NCBI GenBank assembly: GCA_036630325.1 | Contig: CP142736.1 | Location: forward strand, 372,001 to 436,000 | Reading direction: 5' to 3' | Source: Vairimorpha necatrix | Taxonomy: Eukaryota | Length of the DNA stretch: 64,000 nt | In this document: in pieces, positions 11,101 to 20,673 of the stretch | Layout of the letters: every line of letters begins with the position of its first letter | How positions within the stretch are numbered: the stretch's first letter is position 1 | Made by a program: the position numbers and the translations under genes | The notes under the pieces: model-generated | What the model saw: the letters and a program-made list of their open reading frames with translations, nothing else | Told to the model about the DNA's origin: nothing | Databases searched by the model: none

Positions 11101-11519
11101 GACAAAAACTAAGCGTGTACTAGATGTATACAATAATGTTAGACACTCCGCTCTTGGCATGTCGCCAGACGAAGCATGTAATCCTAAGAGAGCTCAGGAG
11201 ATTAAACTAAAACAATTCGAAGAAATCGTAAAATTCAACCAACGACAGAAGAAAAGAGGAGCTGAATTTATTTTTAAAGAGGGAGATAGAGTTATAATTA
11301 GAAGAGAAACCGATTTAACAAAGGGAAAACCTAGATTTGAATCGCAAGGTATAATTATTAATATTTTAGGAAATAATTCTTATAACGTTAAGGTCCATAA
11401 TAAAACTATAAAGCGACATGGCTCGCAACTTAAGCTAATAGTAGAGGATTATTTTGAATGAGGGGGATGTTGAGTGAAATAATAATTATTTATAGCCCCT
11501 ATTCTAGAATAAATGTTTA
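8186..11519 (+). mobile_element. Ty3/gypsy LTR retrotransposon B, single uninterrupted ORF, identical 52-bp LTRs (8186-8237, 11468-11519)
   Basis: 5-bp TSD gtgag (8181-8185 / 11520-11524), PBS tggtggagaat at 8238, PPT gaggggga abutting the 3' LTR. Inserted in the integrase of element A. Confidence 0.97.
8231..11461 (+). CDS. Gag-Pol polyprotein (Gag-PR-RT-RNaseH-IN), single ORF, 1076 aa
   Basis: CYFCHKDGH knuckle, FDSGS protease, MPMGFKNAP/YVDD RT, ETDAC/EKE/TDH RNase H, HHCC plus D-D-E integrase. The RT-RH-IN order indicates Ty3/gypsy. Confidence 0.97.
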   Translation: MFMVENMKTEISSENILQELQRASLLSSFNKLSNEEKIDYFIHKANIEILDWHSKLMKEKRKCSLTFEMWKELAETEFDCGTGLYELYTLKQKENQSIVEFNKDVEKKCLKENIRNTDKRKIIRNGILPRYKAIKMVLTGQYEINKEFLEIIDEMEKENNDITKKRQPASNNINKGYSCYFCHKDGHIAKGLFAKKKRTDGKQLQYKRINEIHQEGGMLDANFINNKEDLIYVYNEKINVTFDSGSYYNFMSKKAASELTLKIYRSTEEIYFLTCLEERFGITEYVILDFSYGGKSYRSKFFIFPKVEKFKILVGKKTLQEILKRVSSNRICEINTIKGEKIVEKVYTLPKKLEEGVEKSIKELLRKNYIRKSKSTWLNNLRPVIKPDGSIRVTTNLVSLNKLVELDNYSLPHIDKLLYGLRGKKYFSKLDLKDAFFCIELAGKDRYKTAFRFKHLLYEWNVMPMGFKNAPAIFQRFIDDVLQEEIGKSCFVYVDDILVFGENEEEHDFNYEKIITKLKSYNLGINEDKTIYKVKELTFLGHLIAFNEIKPKITRDQAINDMKRPINKKSLQEFLGLINYYRKFIPNCSKIGGCLYDLTKNDIQFNWGKEQDAAFNTLKKIVLSSSVLKQPDFSKPYILETDACDSGLGAILSQENEGHVYPIAYASRRLVPAERNYSISEKECMGVLWGMENFRYFLYGNEFKVITDHKALEVLNKGEIKSLRIQRWLDKLSEYNYTIEYKRGTDIPHVDCLSRSYLNELNTDEINMIEFSEEEKRSIIRNKHIELVHRGSKVIENELRKKYHWKDMSHMVKTEINKCLRCKMYNPQRGKKFIFVTAYEPGEKVAADIIGLINGSYIITAIDYFTRKAWAKVITTRESNKLVKFFDEVYNDIKIKILILDQSKENLSIEVKQWATRNNVQIHYIFSFHHQSNGRIERFNRTIQEGIYKDNSFGNLKTKTKRVLDVYNNVRHSALGMSPDEACNPKRAQEIKLKQFEEIVKFNQRQKKRGAEFIFKEGDRVIIRRETDLTKGKPRFESQGIIINILGNNSYNVKVHNKTIKRHGSQLKLIVEDYFE

Positions 11520-14345
11520 GTGAGGTATAATGTAATTCGACATTATTACTTGCTGCCCAACATCTTACTTCTTTACTTAGGTTTTCTTTCGATTGATCTA
11601 AAATTAGTTTATGTATCTTAATTTTTTGATTTATCATATCTAAAAATTTTACAATTTTCTTACTCTCCCTGGAACTTAGTACCTTTCCAAATCCGAATCG
11701 ACTAAAGTAATCAATCCCAGACACGATATATTGGTTGTTAATTGGACCAATAATATCTTTTGCTACTTTCTCTCCAATTGCATGTGACTTTACAAATAAA
11801 ATTCTTTTCCCTCTTTTAGGATTATACATTTTACACCGAATACACCTCTTTAACTCGTTTTTAGTCAATTTTCCCATATCTTTCCAATCGTATTTCTTTT
11901 TAAGTTCATTTTGAACTGCTTTATAACCTCTATGGACAAGTTCTAGGTGTTTATCACGGATAATTTTTCTTTTGTCTTCCTCAGTCATTTCTAATTCTAG
12001 ATTTTTAATCTCTAATATTTCTTGTCTTGGTGATCTGGATAAGCAATCCACATGTGGAATGTTTGTTCCTTTTCTATATACAACACAATAATTATATTCA
12101 CTAAGTTTGTCTAACCATCGTTGGATCCGCAAAGATTTTATCTCTCCCCTATTTAGTGCTTCTAGGGCCTTATGATCAGTGACTGCAGTAAATTCATTTC
12201 CATAGAGGAAATATCTGAAATGTTCCATCCCCCATAACATCGCTAAACATTCCTTTTCGCTGATTCCATAGTTTATCTCAGCAGATAACAATCTTCTTGA
12301 AGCGAAAGCAATTGGTACTGGACCATTTCCATGATCCTGTGAGAGGATAGCTACTATTCCTGACTGGCATGCATCTGTTTCCAAAATATAAGGTTTTTTG
12401 TAATCGGGTTAGGATAGAACCACGCGTGATCTCAATATACTTTTTAATTTCTTAAAAGCTTTTTCTTCTTCCTCTTACACTTAAATACAACATCCTTTTT
12501 AAGTAAATCATACAATGACCCGGCAATGATTGGACATTGTGGAATAAATTTACGATAGTAATTAATCAATCCTAAAAATTCCTCACAAGATTTTCTATTA
12601 TTTGGTCTTTATATATTTTCAATTCCTTGTTCAGCCGAAAATTTCGGCTTTATCTTGTTATATTTAATAACATGGCCTAAAAATTCTATGTTCTCTTTTT
12701 TATGTATAGTCTTTGACTCGTTAATTCGTAGCTCATATTTTTGTAGCTTGTTAATAACCTTTGTATAGCTTGTATCATGTTCTTCTTCATTTCTACCAAA
12801 AATAAGGATGTCATCAACATAGACAAAGCAATTTTTCCCTATTTCTTCTTCAAGGACGTTGTCCATAAACCTTTGAAAAACGGCTGGTGCATTTTTAAAC
12901 CCCATGGGCATTACGTTCCATTCGTATAATAAATGATTAAATCTGAAAGCAGTTTTGTGTTTGTCTTTTTCAGCCAATTTAATTTGAAAAAATCCATCTT
13001 TTAAATCAATTTTTGAAAAATATTTCATGTCTCTAAGACTGAATATAAGTCTTTCAATATTGGGGAGGGAATAATTATCTAGATCTACCAATCTGTTGAG
13101 CGCTATTAAATTCGTAGTAACTCTTATGGATCCATCCGGTTTGATCACTGGCCTAAGGTTATTTAGCCATGTTGAATTAGATTTCCTTATATACCCGTTT
13201 TTTAATAACTCATTTATAGAGTTTTGTATTCCTTCCTCCAATTTCTTTGGTAAACTATAAACGTGTTCTATTACCTTCTCTCCTGGTTTTGTATTGATCT
13301 CACAAATTCTATTGATCGGTTGTCGAAAAACTTTACAAATATCATCTTTTCCTATTAACACTTAAAAATTTTTAACTTTAGGTAAAACATACATTCTGCT
13401 TTTAAATATTCTATTACCATATTTGTATTCCACAATAACATGGTTTTCAACTAGAAATTCTTCTTCAAGACATGTGAAAAATTTCAAAACATTCATATTC
13501 TTATTGAGTTGCAATTTTAAATCATAGATAGCTTGAAGAGAGATAAAGTTGTAGGCCGCACCCGAATCAAAAACCACGGGGACTTTTTTAGTCCCAACAT
13601 AAATAAAATTATTTTTATTCGTAATAAAGCTTTGATCTACTTCCTGACTATCCTTTTCAATCTCATTAATATTCCTTCGATCATCATTAGCCTGTTTATT
13701 ATTTCGATTCGCCCTACAATCCTTAGCTAAATGTCCTGGCCTTCTGCATCTAAAGCATGTATTTGGTTGGTTCTGTTTAGTAAGTCTTAAACCATCCAAC
13801 TTGATATTCAATAATGCTTCGTTCTTCATCTCATTTAATATTTCGTAAAATTCTTTGTTGATCTCATATTGGGTCGTAAGAAAAATTTTACATCATTTTT
13901 AACTTTTTATCTACTCCTGATCTAATAATTTTTCTTCTGTCAAAATTGGAAATTTCATTTTCATTACATTTAGAAACTACATCTTTGATAAAATCAACAA
14001 GTTTTTGTTCTTCCTTTTGCTTCATATTGTAAATGTCAAAAAGCAATGTTTTATTCTCAAATTCTTGTTCCACTTCTTTTTTCCAGATTTCAAACGTTAA
14101 AGCAGCTTTCCTTTTATCTTTAAAAGTCCTACAATGCCAATCTAAAATATGAGAGTTAAGTCTGCTTATAAAAAAATCTAACTTCTCCTCATTGGTCATT
14201 TTTGCCCAACTACTCAGAGCCTCTGCTCTTCTAATTTCTACTATTATATTGTCTTTGTTTATTTCGTTTTTTATATTCTCCACCATAAACATATTTATTC
14301 TAAAATTAAGGGTATAAAATATAATCTTTTAAATCTCAACATTAG

Positions 14346-14692
14346 TGTGGTATAATGGATCATACCACATGATATATAAAACCAATAAATACTTAAACGC
14401 TAATGCTTCTTCGGAACGATCAGTTATGGTCGACTATTATTGGTCAGCCAAATCTTATTTCTTCCTATTGGTTACCATGTATATAAATAAAGAAATTCCA
14501 TGAACAAACATGGTACAACATCAGAACGCAAACAAACACTCTTCTTCTACAAATCAGATAAACAAAACTCTTTCCATAACAATAAACAACCCTTTCACTC
14601 TAACTCTTTTAACTCCGGTTTTCACGGCTCCCCAAACCGTAGCATCATTGAATGCTTTCTTGCTACAGGCAAGCTTCCCGGTAAACACGCCA
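14346..14692 (+). mobile_element. Solo LTR (peptide-encoding LTR family)
   Basis: TGTGGT...ACGCCA, TSD attag (14341-14345 / 14693-14697), CCAAT boxes and TATA. Micro-ORF from 14500 ends NRSIIECFLATGKLPGKHA. Confidence 0.88.
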
Positions 14693-15278
14693 ATTAGTAA
14701 TTTCCAATCATTATTTTTTAGTATAAAAAGTACATTTAAAAATAAGTAAAATTTTTTTTATTCATTTTCAATGATACTACGAAATTACCATTAAAGGCGA
14801 TTAAGACGAGTTAGATATGGATATAATAACTATAAAAAATAATTTCTAAATAATTCATAAAGTTCTTGTTGATCAACGAGACGAAAATAACATCATATTT
14901 TTAAATCCCGAAAAATGATTATGATTTTTAAGGATAAAAAATGTCTTGTTTTGTAATAACATACAAAAAAATATTTTGAATCATTAGCAGACAGATCAGA
15001 TTTTTGCTGTTAATTTCTTGCGTTTCTAAGACGCGCCGCTACTATATCAGATGTGAATAATGTAAATTCCGATTTGATATGTGTAGGAAATTTTGTTAAA
15101 TCCTGGCCATGGACGGATGACCTTGGCTGTACAGTCTAAGTCCAATATTTATGTGAAAAACAAAAACTTAAAACTACCTCTAGAATCTACAGAGTGGCAA
15201 AGATTATATTTTAGTGTTAAATCTTGTAAGCTTACTTTTTAGAGGAATTTAGAGCTATCATGATTTTGTTAACATACA

Positions 15279-15615
15279 TGGCGTAATTGCCGGGAATTGT
15301 GCCAGAGGCAAGAAAGCATTCTAAGATGCTACGGTTATTAGAACCGTTGATTCCCAAGGTAGAGTTTTGTTTAGTGTAAATAGTTTTATTTGAGGCGTCG
15401 TTGCCCTGTTGTGAAGGATAGGAGAGCGTATTAGATTTCTTGTGCATCATATTTATGTTCATAATTTCTTTATTTATAGTTGTTGGTAACCAATAAGAAT
15501 ATATTGTTTCATGATAGACCAATAGACGTCGTGTTTCAAGATGTGTAAGAAACATCGTTGACGTGCTGTTGTTCTATTGGTTACTTATGATCCATGTGGT
15601 AGATATTATACCACA
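15279..15615 (-). mobile_element. Solo LTR (peptide-encoding LTR family)
   Basis: TGTGGT...ACGCCA on the minus strand, TSD tgtat, same CCAAT/TATA layout as 14346. Micro-ORF from 15462 ends NRSILECFLASGTIPGNYA. Confidence 0.88.
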
Positions 15616-16241
15616 ATACACTTAATTTTTGAAAAATAATTTCGGATAAAATTTTTCATTTGACATGTTTTGGAGACATGTCATGTTGGTAAGAAAAAAT
15701 TTAACTAATTATAAAAAGGTTTAATCATGTATAATTATTGTTCGAAGATAATTATAACATTGATATATTAGCATAGTACAAAGGCAGATTTTTAATGCAA
15801 ATACATTCTATTTTTATACAAAATGCAACATAAAAAAAAACTATTTAATGTGCAGCTTTTAAACTTATTATAAAGCAGATCCTACCATAAAAACTAAATC
15901 ATAAGTTTGATAAGTTAAATTTTCAGATTCAAATGTCAATATCAAAAAGATTTTGTGAAATTAATAATGCAAAACATAAAATATTGTTAAATGGTAGAAA
16001 GTTATATGATATTTCTTTTGATGTCTATCACACAGTATAGTTTTTTAAGTATTAGCAATTTAAATTTATTAATAAAGGATTTGACACCTTTCAAAAATAA
16101 TTAAGTCGTATTACTTCTATTGAATGCAATTTTTTAAAACATATTTTTATTTCAATTGAACTATAATCACTAATATTTGCAAAAAAAAACGTTTTTAAAT
16201 CATGATACTATAGTATAAATAATTTTTTTACAATCTACCCC

Positions 16242-18155
16242 ATGATCAAACAGCAATTTTTCATACCAACAATTGCATTCTTTTGTATGAAAAATTTTAT
16301 TAAAACTATTGAAATTGCCAAAGAGTCCAGTGAAATGATTGACCAAACTCTGGATACATATTCTAGCAATTTTGTAAAAAAGCATGATAATATTAATGAG
16401 TTGAAATATATAGATCATTCAGGAATTTGTTTTGAAAAAGATATTGAAAAAACTAATAATATTTCTGTATCTAAAATATTAAATGATCTGCAAAACGAAA
16501 ATAGCATATTTGGAAGCCCGTATGAGAACCTAAACGATAAAAAAACGAATAATATTGATTTTTATGTCCTTAAATATGTTTGTAATAAGTTTTTTCATTT
16601 ATTACTGTTGGAAAAGCCCTTTTATAGTAGGTTGCCCAAATTTTATCTTGTTAGAGAAAACACTACCATTTTTTCTGAAGAAATGGAGGTAATTTTTTAT
16701 AACGCAGTTAAAAATCATGCTTGCGGTGAAGAGTTACTCCCATCTGTCAAAGACTCCGCTTATGATTATTTAAACCCTTTTGTAATTGAAAGTTTAGAAC
16801 TTATTTACATATTATCTAGTAATGAGTTTCAAAAATTATTTCTGAAACCATTTGAGCTTGATCGAATATGGTCAGATATTGCCAAATGTTTTGATTTAAA
16901 ATATTCAACTAATAAAAAAGATAAATTAGAAACGATGTTCGAAAGCATAAAGTATAAGAAAATTCTGAATAAACTGTTTAGATTAGTTAATAAGTCCAAT
17001 GATAAATTAAATTTTAGCAATAAAACTCGAGATAAGAAGCCCAATTTTTTTAAACATTTGTTTGCTACAGCTTATGGATTAGCTTTATTGCCCTGTGCGA
17101 GTCTAGCGCCATTAGAGAATAATTTACTGCCTAGCGTAAAAAATGTTAATTATGATTTCAACAATGAAAACGAATCGGTATCTCAACACTCTGTAGTGAT
17201 AAATGACAATTTTAATGAAATAATTCATAATACAAAATACGGGTACAACAGAGAACTAGAATTACCAATTGATATGCGAGATGAAAATGAGGAGAAAGAA
17301 TACATAATCGGAGAAAATGAATATAGTATGTTTGAAAGTGAGGACGGTAAAACTTTTAAGACGATAAAAAAATACGACAAGGAAACTACAGGTGATTTGA
17401 ATGCGATCAGTTCAACAATAGAAAATTCTTTTGATAAACCTAGCCCAGAAGACGTTTCGTCTACTCATTACTTTTTATCTACCAACAAAAAGATTACGAA
17501 CGAGGAGGATTTGACTGTTGTTGATAATACACATGCTTCTTTATCACCATATATTGAAGCTAATAGTAAGACTAATAATAATTTTAACATAGATCTGCCT
17601 TCTACAATTACAACCGAAATAAACAAAATGGTTAAAAATGAAAAAAATTATATTGACCTAAAAGAATCGAAAACAAAAATACCGGCTAAAGGAAAAGAAA
17701 GGAGCAAAAGAGCACCGAAAGGATATAGATATAAATTCAAATTTAAACCTAAATTTAAACCCAGTAAACCAGCAAAAACTGGTGAAAGCAACCTTAAGCC
17801 CTCTAAAAACGATGTAAAAAGTGAGAGCATCCCCAAACAATCGAAAAACGGAGGGAAAAGTGGAGGTAAATTCTCTAAAAGTGGAAAAGCTGGTAAAGGT
17901 CTTTTTAAGAAGGGAGGTAAGAAATTAAAAAATCCTTTTAAAATGCCTGACTTCAATTTAAAAGAATTTTTTAGTAGAATATTTGAACTAATAAAGTCTG
18001 GTTGGTATATAGTGCTACCAATAATAGGTATCATAATTTCTATTATTGGCGCACTATGTCGTTTCTTTGGTAAAAAACTTTTCAAATGTTGCTGTTGCAA
18101 GAAGAAAAAATCTGACGAGGATAAAGAAAAACTTATACCAAATGAGAAAAAATAA
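16242..18155 (+). CDS. Lineage-specific type I membrane/surface protein (family S paralog)
   Basis: ccccATG start and hydrophobic N-terminus. Shares NNIDFxVLKxVCNKFF and LPSTITTEINK with the 25.7-28.5-kb gene. K/G-rich region, C-terminal TM, CCCC-KKKK tail. Confidence 0.9.
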   Translation: MIKQQFFIPTIAFFCMKNFIKTIEIAKESSEMIDQTLDTYSSNFVKKHDNINELKYIDHSGICFEKDIEKTNNISVSKILNDLQNENSIFGSPYENLNDKKTNNIDFYVLKYVCNKFFHLLLLEKPFYSRLPKFYLVRENTTIFSEEMEVIFYNAVKNHACGEELLPSVKDSAYDYLNPFVIESLELIYILSSNEFQKLFLKPFELDRIWSDIAKCFDLKYSTNKKDKLETMFESIKYKKILNKLFRLVNKSNDKLNFSNKTRDKKPNFFKHLFATAYGLALLPCASLAPLENNLLPSVKNVNYDFNNENESVSQHSVVINDNFNEIIHNTKYGYNRELELPIDMRDENEEKEYIIGENEYSMFESEDGKTFKTIKKYDKETTGDLNAISSTIENSFDKPSPEDVSSTHYFLSTNKKITNEEDLTVVDNTHASLSPYIEANSKTNNNFNIDLPSTITTEINKMVKNEKNYIDLKESKTKIPAKGKERSKRAPKGYRYKFKFKPKFKPSKPAKTGESNLKPSKNDVKSESIPKQSKNGGKSGGKFSKSGKAGKGLFKKGGKKLKNPFKMPDFNLKEFFSRIFELIKSGWYIVLPIIGIIISIIGALCRFFGKKLFKCCCCKKKKSDEDKEKLIPNEKK

Positions 18156-18753
18156 ATATTTTATCATATTTTACTTATATACATCTTAATATACTTATGA
18201 TATACAAGCAGGTAGATAAATGAAATAACGTATCGAATTCTAATAGGAAAAAAAATATTTGTAGTATTTGTTAGTATAGATCCCAATATCTAAGTTTTTG
18301 TGGTATTAATATAAATTATACTTTTCATAAAATGTCCATTTTTTATAAGATCATAGTCAGACAATTTAAATACTTATGAGACGCTATTGTCAATGCTTGA
18401 GCTTATAATAGATAGCGAGCTGAATTTCGGCGATTTTAATTGTTGAAAAGAGTAGATGAGTCTAAACGAAATTGCATATTTTTTAAATAACTTCTTTTTT
18501 TATTTTATATTTGTTTCTGAAACAATGGTTTGTGATAACCATGGTGGAATGGACACACTTGTGGTAAAACTGTTTGATATGTGATTAAAAACGATAATTG
18601 GGAACTAGAGTTACAACAATTATAATAACAAATTTAATGGAAGGAGAGCATTGGAGAAAACCTAATGTTTAATATGAAAAAAATAGTTTCTAATAAGATT
18701 ACAACATGATTCAATTTGTATGAAATAAAAATTATTATTGTAAAAAAAGTTTA

Positions 18754-20673
18754 TGTCTTTATTTATCATAATAGTGGGTAGAAATTATACAAATATATCA
18801 CATCCCCACTCAAGACGGTTAGTCCCATATAATTTTCAAATCTACCCAATCATACATTTCAAATCTTAATGTCTCTTCTTCCCAGGCCTACCATTACTAA
18901 GTTTTACAATATAAGAATCTTTTCCACACTTTTCAACAATTTTCCCTGTATCCAAAAATCTTCCTTTTTCATACTTATTAACACCTGCCAAATTTTCTCG
19001 TTTAGCTATTCTTACCAATTGACTTTTACTAAATTTTTCAATCTTTCCTTTTCTAAACCTATTACAGTATTTCCCTATAGGGCTATTTTCAAGCATACGT
19101 CTCCAGTTTTATCTTAAGTCGCTTCTATTGGTGTACATTTTATTCCTGCATGATAGCTCTGATTATATATCGATACTTTTATAAACTTTACCTTCAAAAG
19201 TTTGCGCTTCCGACTTAAAATATTTTCTCTCAGTTTCTATAACACGCTCTACTCTACCGTTACTTCTATGCGCTTCTATGATTATTGTTGAAGTATTATA
19301 TCCAGATCTCTACAAATTTTTATAAATTCCCGCCAATAAACTCTTTCTCGTTATCTGTAATATTTCTTTCGGTTTCTTCCCTTGTTCACATAATCTTTTC
19401 AAAAATCCAAAAACATTATTACTTGACTTGTTATTTATGACTTTTTTCCATACTCTTCGTGTAAAATAATCGATAGCAACTAAAACATATTTCTTCTCAT
19501 TTCTAAAGTCTATCAAACATAATGCAACCTTCTCTAGGTATCTCGACGTATCAACAAATTTACAACCATTTATATTTTCCTGTTATATATCTGACATTTC
19601 TGACACTGTTTTAAAACCTCGTTTATTTCTTTCTTTACTTCTGGCCAATAATATTCCTCTCTCATTGCATAATAAACACTTGCTATACGTCTGTGGTCTA
19701 CCTTTTCAGAATGTTTTTGGTTAATTGTCTTCTAATATTCTCCGGTGGTATTTCAATTTTACGTCCTGAATCAAACTTAAAATAATGCTTTCAATTCTCA
19801 GAAGAAACATGTGCCTTCAATTTACCTTCTGTTTGCTTGATTGTTCGCTATTGATTTTTCATTTGTTTAATATCCTCTTCCATGTTTATTCGACTCAACG
19901 CATCTGCTACCACCATCTCATAAAGTTTTTTTTTATATATAATGCTAAAACCATATTTCTGTATTCTTTCGATTAAGCGATTTTATCTGTTTTTGTTAAA
20001 AACGGTTTGTTTTTTATCTCCACCAGTGTTTTGTGATCCGTTTCTATCTTGAATTTCCTACCTTTTAACTCGTATTTAACTTATCAATGCCCCAATATAT
20101 CGCAAGCATTTCCTTTTCTGATATGCCGTATCTTACTTCTGTTGGTGTTAGCTTTTTAAATGTCTATTGGATAGCAACCCATTCTCCATTCTTCTAAAGT
20201 AATACCGCACCTAATCTCAAGTTACTAGCATCTGTTCTTGGGGAAAACTCCTTATTATAGCCCGGCAATCTTAGTCTTCACATAATTCTTAAAACGCTTT
20301 TCATTTCAGTAAGCTCCTCTCTTATCTCTTTTTCCATTTCCACGAATTGCCATTTTTTATAAACTATCAGTCATTTTCAATGTCAATCCGGCATAATCCT
20401 TTATAAATGGTCTGATCCGCCCTGTTAATAAAGAAGCCTCCTCTATTCCGTCAAACTTTTCAGTTCTGGATACTCAAGGGCTTCACTTTTCTTTATTTCG
20501 TCAGTCTTTATGTGTTTCATTCAACGTCACACCTAACAATTTTACTTCCTGTTGTCTAAAGGTATTTTCGCACTCTTTAATTTCATTTTATGTCTCTAAA
20601 CTCTTTCTAAAACCTCTATGACTAGTTCATCGTGTTTACGTCTATTGAAGGCATGTATTACTATATCGTACAT
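18754..20673 (-). mobile_element. Degenerate Ty3/gypsy pol remnant (RT C-term, RNase H, IN) with candidate 49-bp 3' LTR (18754-18802)
   Basis: Fragments YVLVAIDYFTRR, TDAS, ETDHK and YGISEKE. PPT gagtgggga then TGTGA...AATAAAGACA. Truncated at the hAT insertion. Confidence 0.85.

Larger units (their letters stand above)
7669..14341 (-). mobile_element. Ty3/gypsy LTR retrotransposon A, degenerate, 56-bp LTRs (14286-14341, 7669-7724), interrupted by element B
   Basis: Direct repeats 54/56 identical. PBS tggtggagaat follows the 5' LTR and PPT agaggggga precedes the 3' LTR. Gag (CCHC CFRCRRPGHLAKDC), PR (DSG), RT (YVDD), RNase H and IN are broken by stops and frameshifts. Confidence 0.95.

Noticed and set aside
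14500-15555. Two small paralogous ORFs as stand-alone host genes (e.g., pheromone or effector precursors)
   Set aside because: Both lie within TG...CA elements with perfect 5-bp TSDs, take their stop codons from flanking DNA, and share a motif with the LTRs of a Ty3/gypsy element.
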